A DNA stretch of 64,000 nt from an uncultured Verrucomicrobiae bacterium (GTDB taxonomy: Bacteria; Verrucomicrobiota; Verrucomicrobiia; Chthoniobacterales; JAFAMB01), in the NCBI GenBank assembly GCA_963782115.1, contig CAWAIK010000001.1, positions 512,001-576,000 on the forward strand. The letters run 5' to 3'. Positions within the stretch are counted from its first letter, which is position 1, and every line of letters starts with the position of its first letter. The notes below the pieces were generated by a model. It had not been told where the DNA came from. It saw only the letters and a list, made by a program, of their open reading frames with translations, and made no database searches. Positions 53,162 to 64,000 of this stretch are shown here, one piece after another. Both the position numbers and the translations under genes were made by a program.

Positions 53162-53769
53162 GAATTACGTTTGGATTGGCTATTGCGGTGCCGCAGCAGC
53201 TAGCGCCGCTAGATACTGACAGGTACTCTTCTTCAAAACCGCTCTCAGCTGCTGCTCGTGCCTCGATCCGATTTGAATTCGAGATAGACCCATGGCAGGC
53301 GAACCTTAGATGAGGGCTCGATCTGTCTCAAGTCAATCGCGTGAACGGGCACGCTCTTTAGGAATGGCTCACCGCCTGCGGCGGGTCTCATCGGAGTAAG
53401 AAACTTTTGCTTTAAGTGGCGTCGATGGGACTCGCACATGGCCTGCCGGCATTAAGGGCCCATATAACTGAAATCGACACCTTTCCCCTGCCAAAAGGAG
53501 GCCTTCCTAGGGGCCCTGGCACTCTTGTCGCCCTGGCCTTGATAAATTACTGCTACACACGAGAACGTTGGCGCATATTGTCCGGAACATAGCAGCTCGT
53601 TCGTCGGAATAGCTGAATCCCCGCACAGATCAATGACTACTCGCGTTACCGGGAAGCCGGTAGCATCTGGAGCGGTGCCGCACCGAAGGCCTACGTGGAG
53701 GGGTCTTGGAGGTGGTGATCAACTCGAGTTTGTCGATGCGCCCTGTTCATACGCTCAGCCAATGGAGTC

Positions 53770-54240
53770 TCTTTAACCGAGCGAGGCGCCCATCTTCGGG
53801 AAAGAGTTCAAGACGTCTTTTCCGAACTCGAACAGATTTTGCGGGAGCTGGATCGGACACACGAAGTGAATGGGACTCTGACGCTGGCGGCCAGCACAAC
53901 TGTGGCGAGATATTTTGTGCCGAGGATTTTCATCCGCTTCCATCACTACCACCCGGCCGCCGCTCTTCATCTCATCGTTGGCAACACAGAAGAAGTGCTG
54001 GACCATCTTCGACAACAGCGCGTGGGGCTCGGGCTAGTTGAGGGGCATCAGCGTAGCCCAGGTGTGCGCCTGGAGCAGTTCATGCCTGATGAAATCGTTC
54101 AGGTTTGTGCCCCCGAATTCCCGACCCAAAGCTGCGCCGCGCGATTCAAGGATTGAAGGCCGTTCGAGACCTCGAGGCTCTGCCGCTGATCTGGCGCGAG
54201 TCTGGGTCAGGTACGCGAGCTGTTGTGGAAAGTGTGTTGA
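53770..54240 (+). pseudogene. LysR substrate-binding domain fragment
   Basis: GTLTLAASTTVARYFVP, GNTEEV, GLVEG, then LIWRESGSGTRAVVE in another frame. Confidence 0.7.
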
Positions 54241-54244
54241 AACT

Positions 54245-54670
54245 ACAAACAACGGTTCACATCGCTCAAACGCCTGTCGGGCGTGTGCAAGCGCCAAGGG
54301 TCCAGCGGAATCTGACTCCGCAGCATACAGTGAACCCATCAAGTGTCCGAATCGCGGGGTTTCCAAGCGGGCCGACTCAGCTACCATATCCTTTGGGGTC
54401 AACGCCGGCGAACGAGGCCTGGGCGCGTAACAACGCATGGGCTGCTTACAACGCGAACCTGCGGCACATCCCAACTGCAGAGAATCCAAACCGGTTGGCG
54501 GCTCACCAAAACCTTTTGGACCAAGGTCGTTTCATCCAGATGCCACAGTCTTCACGCCGGTACAATTTCCAGTTCAGCGACAACGAGATTCGGTCGGTTC
54601 AGGCAGCCCTTCGGCGAATGGGGATTTATTCCGGTCAAGTCGATGGAGTTCTCGGACCTGACACGCGTGC
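54245..54670 (+). pseudogene. Peptidoglycan-binding domain protein fragment
   Basis: IRSVQAALRRMGIYSGQVDGVLGPDTR. Confidence 0.55.
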
Positions 54671-54744
54671 TCATTGCGAGCGCCGATCACTGCGTCTACC
54701 ACCAGCAATTTTGTGCCGGGTTCAGCAGCGGCATAACAAGTAAG

Positions 54745-55270
54745 CGTCTGCTCCGCTAGGGATAGACTCAAAAAAATTGCCGCTCTTCATTTCAATCCGG
54801 CTTTCTAAGCCGTAGCTCTCGATAAAGCTGGGAGCACCTTTAACAACCTGCGGCAAATCGAACAGAATCCCTCGTATGGCCGGATACTTCTGCAAAACCA
54901 GAGACAAAATCAGTCCTTGGCTCCCTCCGATATCCGCCAAGGTGCGGATACCTGAGAAGTCATAGGTTTCTACCACCGCGGCGCCGGTAACGACGGAAAA
55001 ACTGCGCATCGCTTCGGCAAACAGTTCCAGTTCATTGGGGTGCTTGTTGAAGTATTCGAAAGTTGCATCCCATTAACATGTTCAAATGCCGGAGTCCCCG
55101 CGCGGATGCAGTGGCCGAGTTCCATCCAAGCCCGCGCCGACCACGGCCTAGTTGTCAGCTGGGCCATGCCCCACGCAGAATGCGGCACATCCCTCCGAAG
55201 CGCCTCCGACCTCGGAGTTTGGACAAAGGTCCCATCCTCCTGCTCAGCAAAGATCTGCCGCGCCAATGCA
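54745..55270 (-). pseudogene. O-methyltransferase (Methyltransf_2) fragment
   Basis: FVQTPRSEAL, YDFSGIRTLADIGGSQG, LFDLPQV, GNFFESIPSGADAY; both ends missing, frameshifted. Confidence 0.75.
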
Positions 55271-55441
55271 GTCATTGGGTACTAAACCCAATACTTTGGA
55301 GATCGACCGTTCCTTGTCTCAGCTACCACAATCCTTGTTCGGAACGTAGAGTCTTCGGATCGTCAATATAGTAGGTAACTAAAGTCCGGCTTTCCAATAG
55401 ACGGCGAAGAACTTCAGGCGCTTCTTCCAACGGGAACCTCT

Positions 55442-55825
55442 TTGGCAACGATGGCCTGGACCCCCAGATTGGAGCAATGGAAGAATGACGCTTCATGCTG
55501 CCGCGGACCGCGAGCCGATCCAAGGACCTTCGTTCCTCCGGCGGTCCCGCAACCGACTCAAACGGCTGCAAAAGGCGCTCAGACAAAGCCGCAAACGCAG
55601 GTCGCGGCCTTTGGCAACCTTGTGCTGGTCAGCTGGCTTGAGGACGCTGGAAAAGATGTGATCTATGTCCAAAATACCGAGACGAACGACGTTCAGAAGA
55701 TCACCTCTGAGCCGAACTTGGACAATTTCCGGATCGTAGAGTTGCACCCAAACGCAGATCCTAAGCTGTTTGAAGCGGTCATCTCGAACGGAGTCCAACA
55801 AGGACCAGTCAGGTTCCGTTTTTAA
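55442..55825 (+). CDS. Hypothetical protein (probably a C-terminal fragment)
   Basis: Low-complexity linker followed by a globular segment (VQNTETNDVQKITSEPN). Confidence 0.4.
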   Translation: MATMAWTPRLEQWKNDASCCRGPRADPRTFVPPAVPQPTQTAAKGAQTKPQTQVAAFGNLVLVSWLEDAGKDVIYVQNTETNDVQKITSEPNLDNFRIVELHPNADPKLFEAVISNGVQQGPVRFRF

Positions 55826-56397
55826 ACTCCGGCGAATTTCCGTGGCACCCCGCGCTCCACACCAGCAGCATCGCATTTTCCGCTTCGCTTGACATTCTCA
55901 TCGCTGTCTCATAGAAGACCTCAAACCACCTGCCACAAGAACGGACCGTCAAGTAGCAGAGGATGACCGAGGAATACCCCGAAGATCGCGAATAAATCGC
56001 GGCGCCAATCGATCTCGCTTAGACCGGCAGCCGCTGAACGTTCATTGTGCGTGACCACTGCCATGGGGTAAGACTGTCGCGACGGCACTTCCGACATTAA
56101 CATTCCTAGTCTTGGAATTGAGCGGATGTTTTCTTCGGCCCTCTCCAGCGGTGAGCTTGGAGGACTCCCTAGTGAGTTCTATCGGTTCGCCAATTCGATC
56201 CGAAGCGAGTTATCCGCGGTGATCGTCCGCCCCCCTTGCAAGAGACTGCCCAAGAACCGAATGGGGATCCTCGAGTAAGAGATGGCAATTGTACTCCAGA
56301 ACGATCCGGCACCTATCGTGCCGGCCGATATGCGATCAGAACATCCGATTACCCCTCAAGGGTGCCTGAGACCATGGTCTTTCTAAAGAGGTTGTTT

Positions 56398-57072
56398 ATG
56401 AGATTAATCAAAGGTTCACTTGCCGGTCTGGTCTTGACCGGCATTCTAGCGATAGTGCCCGCGGCGGCATTTGCTCATGGGGGTGGAGGCGGTCATGGTG
56501 GGGGAGGCGGCGGTCACGGATTGGGCGGGGGAGGTGGAGGTCACGCTTCTATCGGGGGTGGTCATGCATTTAGCGAATTCACAGGGCGTGGCTTCAGTCC
56601 GGGATTCAGGGGGATGCGAGTATTTTCCTCTGGTCGATTTTCTGGTCATGGAGATGATGGCCGTTTCCGGGATCGCGACTTTGGGCACCATGGGAATTTC
56701 CGAGATAGGGACGAACGGCATCATCGCCATTTCTTCAACGATTTTGATTTCGTTGCGTTCGGTTTTCCTGATTGGTGGTACCCTGACTACGGATACGTCG
56801 ACTACGGATATTCCGACGAGGATGCGTATGACGATTCCGCATCGGCTTACGGTGACCAGTATTGGCAAGATCTGGCGATGAAAGTACAATGGGCGCTTTT
56901 CCGGCGGGGCTACTACCATGGCCCGATTGACGGAGTGATCGGCCCAGACGGTATCCGCGCAATTCGAGCGTTCCAAGAGGCACAGGGGTGGCCCGCCACC
57001 GGACGGATTGACCCCAACGTCTTAAGAGCCTTGAAGCTACCTATTCCACGAGTCGCCTTACGATCGAATTAA
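56398..57072 (+). CDS. Secreted Gly-rich protein with C-terminal peptidoglycan-binding domain
   Basis: Signal peptide, GGGH repeats, VQWALFRRGYYHGPIDGVIGP...FQEAQGWPATGRID. Confidence 0.85.
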   Translation: MRLIKGSLAGLVLTGILAIVPAAAFAHGGGGGHGGGGGGHGLGGGGGGHASIGGGHAFSEFTGRGFSPGFRGMRVFSSGRFSGHGDDGRFRDRDFGHHGNFRDRDERHHRHFFNDFDFVAFGFPDWWYPDYGYVDYGYSDEDAYDDSASAYGDQYWQDLAMKVQWALFRRGYYHGPIDGVIGPDGIRAIRAFQEAQGWPATGRIDPNVLRALKLPIPRVALRSN

Positions 57073-57579
57073 GAACGCCAGGTTCTAGTTTTCTATACGG
57101 CACATACATAGAAAAGCCCTTTTCGGAATCTGCTGCTGGGAAGCTCAAACCGGTGGCGCTGCAGCCCGGAGGAAATGATTCGAGGACGGTTGCCGAGGGT
57201 GATCCAGAAAAGATCGCTCTCTTTGGCAGAATCGTACTGTTGCCGGTTAACTGGAAGGCGGGACGCTGGGGATTAGCCGGTACGCTCCTCGAAATCCTTT
57301 CGTTCCAGCCAGGGGTCATGAGGACTCAGGTCTTGGTGTGGAGTTTGGCTAGGAAGGCTTCAAGGACTTTTCCCATCTTGCGGCAATTGTGGCGAAACAG
57401 TGAGTTTCCTCATCGACTCCGCTGATCACAGAGAGCCCATCTTCAAAGAATCTAACTGTCTATGCCGGAACCTGTTACCATCACTCTTGCCGTCGTCGGA
57501 ACTGTCGCTCTCAAAGAAGGCGTGAAATTCCTCTACGGACAGGCGGGTGAACTTCTCAAACGCTGGCGCGAGGAACGGA

Positions 57580-57995
57580 GGTTAGCAAATTGTCCATGAA
57601 GAAGTGCGGATGGATGTGGCTCCATGCCACACCGCTGCCCTCAAAGTACCGCTCGACCATTTCATGCCAGGCGAAGTGTGGATCGGTCGTGCGGCCGTTG
57701 CCGAAGATGCCTAGATGCACGATAAATTGCAGACCGGCGTCGGCCGCGGCATCGACAATCGTCTTACTCTGATGCACCATCTCTACAGTATACCCGGTTG
57801 CCAGGAAGAGGCGGTCGATCCCCGTCAAGGCGGCCGGAAAGGTTCTGGCATCATTTAGATCCAGAAGGACGGCGTCTTTGCCTCCTTGGCGCCATGCGTT
57901 GACCTGCGCGCGATTGCGCGAGGAATAGACTATCTGGACTGAATCAGACCTCTGTTTTAGTTCCCCGATTACCGCCTTACCTGTTCGTCCGGTGA
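57580..57995 (-). pseudogene. NmrA family N-terminal fragment
   Basis: TGRTGKAVI...GIDRLFLATGYT...WHEMVERY...HPHFFMDN; truncated. Confidence 0.7.
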
Positions 57996-58714
57996 TTTTA
58001 TAGAATATTTTACGGAGGCAAGGTTTGAAGAAGTGTTCCGATGATGAACCTAAGGCAACCCTGGGACATCGGCGCAGTCCTCCCCAGACAGGCGTATTGT
58101 TTCAAGACCTGCTGCAAGACTGTCCATCTGGAGATCTGTCTTGGCCGCTCGACGCGCTTCAGCTAATGGTAGTCTTAGTTCCAAGTAGAGGTCGGTCAGA
58201 GTCGCAAGCTTCTCGAGGTGCGAGAACTGACGGATATCGATCTTTTTCATAGAATGTTAATTTGACCGCTTCATTGCTCGATTAGTGGGACGCATGCCGA
58301 CAAGGACCTGGCCATCGGGCGCCATCTCGCGAATGTATTGGTTGCCATATGCCCTAATAAAAGACGTCAGTCATCCATGAACTAGTGATTCCGGACGGAC
58401 GCGGAAAAAGCCGAAACGAATGGCGGGAATCTGAATGCGCCCTCACGTTTACGTTGAGCGCATGCGTCGTGCAGATCGCTCTCGCCCTTGGCCAGTCGGA
58501 TCAGTCGCTGATCGTCATTTTAGCAGGCGACTTTGCATTCTGTGCGGCTGCGGGCTGGCCGGTGACGATTCTTGGACTCTGGGCGCAGGGCCCCTATCCA
58601 TCTGCTTGGAGACGGCAGGTGGGCCGAGCGGTTTTCGTGGCAGCGGTTTGTAGCGCGGTTTTGCTGAGCTTCGCGCGCATCACCGGATTGCTTGGGTGCT
58701 GACTTACCACGATT

Positions 58715-59153
58715 GTCCTTTCAGCTCGATCAATGAGGAAATCTCTTTTCTGGAGACCTATTTGGAAATCGAAAAGGTTCGATTCGGCGATCGGCTTCAG
58801 GTCAACTTTGACATCCAGGAGTCGGTGGCGCACCTTTCGGTGCCAACGTTGATCCTCCAGCCATTAGTAGAAAACTCGATCAAGCACGGACTAGGACAAA
58901 AGGTCGGCGAGAACCAGTTGATCATTCGTGCTCGGCAACAAATGGACTACCTTGAAATAACGGTCGAAGACAATGGTGTGGGGGCAAACGTAGAGAGAAG
59001 GCTTTCCTAGAGGAGTTCGACCGGGGTGGGGCTCCGGAATGTGGAAGAGAGACTGCAAACCGTTTACCGTGGTGGCGCCCGGTTCTCTTTTGAAAGCCAG
59101 CCCCGCATTGCATCGCGCGCCCAGATTTTGATTCCGATAACAGAGCCGCATGA
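58715..59153 (+). pseudogene. LytS-type histidine kinase C-terminal fragment
   Basis: YLEIEKVRFGDRL, LQPLVENSIKHG, VEDNGVG, then GVGLRNVEERL in a shifted frame. Confidence 0.8.
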
Positions 59154-59919
59154 AAAGACTGCGCTCGTTGCTCATTGACGACGAACCCAACGCTCGAATG
59201 CGTCTGCGTCGACTGCTGAAGGACGAAGAACGTGTCGAGGTAATTGGCGAAGCCAAAGATGGATTTGAAGCCGTCACTGAGATCGAGCGGCTGAAGCCAG
59301 ACTTGGTGTTCCTGGACGTACAGATGCCCGGCTTAGACGGTTTTGAAACCTTAAAGGCGCTGTCGCCTGAGCTGCCGTTGCCGCTGATCATCTTCGTCAC
59401 CGGCTTCCATGAACACGCCATGGCCGCGTTCGACGCCAAGGCAATCGCTTATTTGCTGAAGCCAATCGAGCCGGAGCGACTGCGGGAGATGGTCGAGCGT
59501 GCCTGGCGATTGCAGCATTTTGCCGAAGATCGTGCCCAAGTTGCCAACGAAATGCATCAATTTACGGCCAGTGTACCGCCCAATTTTCGCCAGATCGTGG
59601 CACGTAAGCTGGATCGTTTCTTAGTACTGGACCCGACTGAGATCCTCTATTTCTACATGGACCACGGTATCGTCCGAGCGCGCACCAGTGATGACAACGT
59701 GTGGGTCAATTATCAATTGAGCGATCTGGAACAGGGATTGAGTGAGTTCAACTTCTTTCGCGCTCATCGCGCATCGCTGGTTAATTTACGACGGTCAAAG
59801 AAATTAAGCCTAGCCCTCGCAGCGCGTTCCTACTGGTCATGGATGACACCGCCCAAACCAAAATCGAAGTAAGTGAGCGTCAAGCCCGCGTTCTGCGCTC
59901 GATAATACCGGGGCTCTGA
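59150..59919 (+). CDS. LytTR family response regulator (one frameshift near 59792)
   Basis: IDDEP, FLDVQMP, YLLKP, FFRAHRASLVNL; tail VKEIKP...IEVSERQ is in another frame. Confidence 0.8.
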
Positions 59920-60522
59920 GGGTCACGCCAAGGCTCTCGGGTAGCGGCATGAAGCCCAAGATCTTTGCACAAGGTTATCCGATCCAGGCAAACACAACGG
60001 CAGGACAGAACGCGAAAAGTGGCCAAGCTGTCCGTTCGCTTGGCCATTTTCTAAAACAGATGTTGTCTAGTTCTATCGGCAAGACCGCCTCTGACCCGTG
60101 CTGTTGGCTAAGGCGCGCTGCCCGGGAAACAGCAAAGAAGTAACTCTCGCTGCGGCGGAGTCAGCGCCATGATTCAGAAACAATTGCACAGACAACGACT
60201 TTGCTGATCCTACGAGCCTATTCTCGAAACGATGTAAAGTCGTGGGTCGCGCTTCTCGACAGGATCGCCGCTACGCGCAGCGCTCCCTAGCCTTTAGGTG
60301 GAAGTGGACTCGAAACGGGACCGGCGGTGATCACCGGGTCCCTCGATAGATTCAGATTGCAGGTGGTTCGAGCCGGTTCACCTAGGAGCCGCAAGAATAC
60401 TAGCCATTGGGCAAAAACGGCACCAAAATCCCGCTGTGCAGGCACGAAACTCAAGCCCGGCAATTTCGTTCGCCGCAGTGGATGATCATCCTGCATCCAC
60501 TTATGGAGAGTATTCCGCAGCA

Positions 60523-60828
60523 TCAGCCCAAACAGAATGAGTTGAATTCGTTGCTCTTTTGTTTCAGGAGGCGAACTCGACGTCGAAGCGGGAAAAGTTC
60601 GAGATCGAATCTCTCGGCTAACAATCCCGCAATGCCTTTGGGCATGGTCAAGGTAACGATAATCGCAAACGCCCCAGCAACATCAAATACCAAGGACCGA
60701 GGTCGGCGAAGTACCGCGCAATAAGAAGAACACGATCGTGTCGATCCGTGGTCCCCTCCATTCGTCGGTCGTTCGTGGGAACCGAGAATGAGAATCCGTG
60801 GTTTTTTACTTGTTTGGCGGTTGTTCAT
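60523..60828 (-). pseudogene. Chimeric remnant ending in a branched-chain amino-acid ABC permease C-terminus
   Basis: GAFAIIVTLTMPKGIAGLLAERFDLELFPLRRRV preceded by an unrelated MNNRQTSKKPRILILGS start. Confidence 0.45.
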
Positions 60829-60930
60829 ACGCTTCGATAGACAACGATCGTTTTCTTGCGTGTGACAATTATTGTTGTCGTATACTTCGGAAAGGAAAAG
60901 ATTTTATAGAAAACTTTACGGAGGTAAGAT

Positions 60931-61596
60931 TTGAAGACATGGTCTGATGACAATCCCAAGGCAGCCCTGATGGAGCGCACGCGCGCAGCCATTGTGGCGG
61001 CTGCACGGCAGACGTTCCTTGAGAATGGATACGCGCAGGCTTCAATGGACCGAATCGCAGAGTCAGCGTCAGTTTCGGTCAAGACGATCTACCGCCATTT
61101 TGAAAATAAGGATGAGCTGTTTAGCGCAGTGATGCAGGCTGCATGTCGGGCCGACAATTCCATTCCAGGGGAGCGAGGCGACGACCCGTCACCCGCTGCG
61201 AGATTTACTTGGTTTGAAGAAAGTCCAAGACGAGGCCTGGCTGCCGCTGGCAGAGACTATCTTCGCCATCTGCTCTCGGTAGAGCAACTCGCGCTTTATC
61301 GCGTCGTCACTAGGGATGCTCATCGTTTTCCTGAACTTGGCCGCCGCTACCAGAAGGAAGTTGAAGCCACCAAAACCATCATCATGTCGCAATACCTCAC
61401 CCGCTGGGCTCCCGTCGAAAACTGGAGAATTAAAAACCCGGATCTCGCCAGCCGCGTCTTCGAATCGTTACTGCGTGCGGGGCTGTTCGAGGAGGTGCTA
61501 CACGGGCTACGAGTTCCGGAAGAACGCACGATCGAGCGACAAGCACGGTTTGCTGCTGAGCTCTTTTCAAAGCTACTGCAGCTCGGGGCACTCTAA
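60931..61596 (+). CDS. TetR/AcrR family regulator
   Basis: ASMDRIAESASVSVKTIYRHFENKDELF, RFPELG; GGAGG RBS. Confidence 0.9.
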   Translation: MKTWSDDNPKAALMERTRAAIVAAARQTFLENGYAQASMDRIAESASVSVKTIYRHFENKDELFSAVMQAACRADNSIPGERGDDPSPAARFTWFEESPRRGLAAAGRDYLRHLLSVEQLALYRVVTRDAHRFPELGRRYQKEVEATKTIIMSQYLTRWAPVENWRIKNPDLASRVFESLLRAGLFEEVLHGLRVPEERTIERQARFAAELFSKLLQLGAL

Positions 61597-62049
61597 GCGA
61601 AGCTCATGTGATCGTGGATCAGCAACAGGGGTTGCGGCTTGCCCGCGACCCACACGCGTTCGGGCCCCACTTAGTCCTCCAAACATTCACTTGCCGAGGT
61701 TTCATTTTGGAATAGACGCCAAGATTTTAGAAATGGGCCATTTATTGTGCCAACTGTCGTATTTGTTATCCCAGTTGCCCCCGGCGCCTGAAAGGTGTTA
61801 TCCCAGATGCCGGTTCACCGATCGAGCATTGTCGGGAAGACAAGTGCGGCGCCGTAAGGTGATTGGCCTCATGACGAGAAAAAAAGGTCCTGAAGCGCTG
61901 CACAGTGACGACGCGAGGTTTGCGTCCACGCTGCAGGAATGGCAACAGCTGAGCGATGGTTGCAAAATGGCCGAGATGACGCTGGCTTTGACCACTGTCA
62001 ACGATGACTCAGAGGTTCGCAGCACTCATGCCGTAAGAAATAAGCACGT

Positions 62050-63069
62050 TCATGCCTTGATCCCTCGCTTGACTCGAGGTCGGAATGACGTCGCCCACTC
62101 GCTGGGCGTCCTTCCCTCCCACTCATGGAAGGCTCGGAAGAACGAGCTGGGGTCCTCGTAACTGAGCAAGTAAGCAATTTCACTGACGCTGAGGGAGGGC
62201 TCTTTCAAGTAAAATCGCGCCAATTCATGGCGGGCGTGGTTCAAGAGCTGCCGATAGCTGGTGCCCTCGTCGGTGATGCGGCGCTGCAGAGTTCGACTAC
62301 TCATGCCCAATTCCTTCGCCACTTCGTTGATTTCGGGACGCGGGCCGCCCAGCAGGCGCTTCAAGACCCACTTGACCTGGTCGGTGCAGGATTGCTTTTT
62401 CTTGTGCTGTGCCAATTGCTGATCGAGTTGCGGCGTCAGCATCTCCAGCAACTCGGCGTTGTAGCCGACGAAGGGGAGATCGAGATCGCCGCTGCGGAAA
62501 ATAATCGCGTCCCGCTTCGCCTTGAATTTGACCGAGCAGCCAAAGGCCGTCTCGTACATCTCCCTGTGCTCTGCGCTTCGACTTAACTCAAGCCGTAGCG
62601 GACGCAATAACGGCTTTTGCGCGCCGCGCCTTCCCATCTCCACCGACGCCATGAAGGTGACATCGAGCAGCAGCGGTGGCGGCATTTCCCGGCTGAGAAT
62701 CCAGTTGAACTCCAGGCTGCATTCCCCCTTCGACTCGTGGAATTTCATTTCCTCGAAGCAGCAGAGGATTTTATAACGCGCAAAACGTTGCAGCGCGTCG
62801 CGGAAAGTCCGGGCATGGTAGGCCGCGATAATCGCCGGGTGATGCTGCTCCACCGGGATCAGGCCCGGCAGCTTCAGCCCGATGGCGGGATCCTCGCAGA
62901 GGTCGCTCACCGTGCGCCACAGCCTGAAGTGTTGCTCCGTCGTTACCATTCCCTGTCCTGTTGTCCACAGAGTCAGGGGAAGGCCGCTCTTGCGGAGCAA
63001 CACCGCGAGATCAATGCCGATGGCTTTCAACCCGGCTTGAAGCCCACACGAAAGCTTGAACGTGTCCAT
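62050..63069 (-). CDS. AraC family regulator
   Basis: VAKELGMSSRTLQRR, IAYLLSYEDPSSFFRAFHEWEGRTP. Confidence 0.92.
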   Translation of the reverse strand: MDTFKLSCGLQAGLKAIGIDLAVLLRKSGLPLTLWTTGQGMVTTEQHFRLWRTVSDLCEDPAIGLKLPGLIPVEQHHPAIIAAYHARTFRDALQRFARYKILCCFEEMKFHESKGECSLEFNWILSREMPPPLLLDVTFMASVEMGRRGAQKPLLRPLRLELSRSAEHREMYETAFGCSVKFKAKRDAIIFRSGDLDLPFVGYNAELLEMLTPQLDQQLAQHKKKQSCTDQVKWVLKRLLGGPRPEINEVAKELGMSSRTLQRRITDEGTSYRQLLNHARHELARFYLKEPSLSVSEIAYLLSYEDPSSFFRAFHEWEGRTPSEWATSFRPRVKRGIKA

Positions 63070-63100
63070 GCCGGGTTAAATGTAGAGCCTCTTAGGACGC

Positions 63101-63988
63101 TTAGGATGATTTTCCTTTCAAGGCTTCCAGGACCGCGTGAGCGGTATCGGAGACCGTGAGGCCGTCAAAGTCGGTCGACTTCGTGATCTCAGCCCAGTGT
63201 TCCAGTTCTTCGGCGCTCGTTTTGTATCCGTTTCGCAACACCGCCATGGCATCGTTCCCGAGCGGCAGGCGCAGCGGCGGCTCGGGCATGCCGACGAGTT
63301 TGAGAATCGCGTGGGCTGCTTTGCGGGGATCGCCCGGCTGCTTCCCATTATGCGACTCCAAATAGCCACGCATCGCGCCCACCGTCGGAGCGTAGTCCTC
63401 GATCGGCTTGGCAAACGCCATCGAGGCGCCCGCCCAATCGGTGCGGAAACCGCCCGGTTCCACGATAGTGACCTTAAGGCCGAGCGGCTTAGCCTCCAGA
63501 GCCAGCGCTTCGCTCAAACCTTCCACGGCGAACTTGGCGGCGTGATACCCCGAAAATCCAGGGAAGGCGCTACGCCCACCTATGGAGGTAATTTGAATGA
63601 TATGACCGCTACCCTGTTGACGCAGGTGCGGAAGAATCGCCCGGGTCACATTAACCACGCCCCAGAAGTTGGTGTCGATCTGTCCCTTGAATTCGTCGAC
63701 GGACATTTCCTCGAACGCACCCAGGAAGCCGTAGCCAGCGTTATTGACGAGCACATCGATGCGACCGAAAGCTTCCACGGCGGTGGTGACGGCTTTCTCT
63801 ACGTCCGCCGGTGACGTCACATCCAGCTTCACCGCCCGAATGGTGTCGCCATAAGTCGCGCTCAAATCCTTGAGCTCTTCCGGCTTCCGAGCCGTGGCGA
63901 TAACCTTATTGCCTGCCGCTAGAATAGCCTCTACCAGTGCACGACCCAAACCGCGAGAACTTCCCGTAACAAACCAGATTTTATTCAT
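63101..63988 (-). CDS. SDR family oxidoreductase
   Basis: TGSSRGLG, NNAGYG, YHAAK, VEPGGFRTDW, QPGDP. Confidence 0.92.
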   Translation of the reverse strand: MNKIWFVTGSSRGLGRALVEAILAAGNKVIATARKPEELKDLSATYGDTIRAVKLDVTSPADVEKAVTTAVEAFGRIDVLVNNAGYGFLGAFEEMSVDEFKGQIDTNFWGVVNVTRAILPHLRQQGSGHIIQITSIGGRSAFPGFSGYHAAKFAVEGLSEALALEAKPLGLKVTIVEPGGFRTDWAGASMAFAKPIEDYAPTVGAMRGYLESHNGKQPGDPRKAAHAILKLVGMPEPPLRLPLGNDAMAVLRNGYKTSAEELEHWAEITKSTDFDGLTVSDTAHAVLEALKGKSS

Positions 63989-64000
63989 ATATTTTGCGCT

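Noticed and set aside
61316..63814. Long + strand ORFs overlapping TetR, AraC and SDR
   Set aside because: Alternate-frame or antisense shadows of well-supported genes.

Overview
The window has two halves separated by a tRNA-Leu(TAG) 3' fragment (31542-31593), which looks like an att site and sits beside an intact tyrosine integrase (30248-31426). The left half (1-31.5 kb) looks like a decaying integrated island rich in immunity-type genes: a TIR protein cut by the left edge, restriction-like nuclease fragments, a GHKL-ATPase remnant, DUF2971, a membrane-anchored NACHT NTPase and a DUF6602-like nuclease. It also carries an LRR-Roc-COR (Roco) locus whose three ORFs join into one LRR-Roc-COR-TIR-nucleoside phosphorylase protein of about 1436 aa if two single bases are removed. 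That locus is bracketed by two diverged copies of a junction made of the 3' end of a protelomerase-like gene followed by a Roco start. The same half holds a plasmid-type resolvase, a HopA1-like protein, an AAA_25 helicase split by a clean inversion, and an IS1634. The right half (31.6-64 kb) is a patchwork of redox enzymes and regulators (SDR, NmrA, MDR, TetR, ArsR, AraC, ECF sigma with YciI, LytTR), many truncated or internally deleted, plus an IS4 with perfect inverted repeats and a target duplication inside a lactonase gene. All family calls come from reading motifs by eye; no searches were run. Many single-base frameshifts fall in short homopolymers and could be consensus errors. The small hypothetical proteins suggest a soil Verrucomicrobiota-like host, but this is a weak impression.
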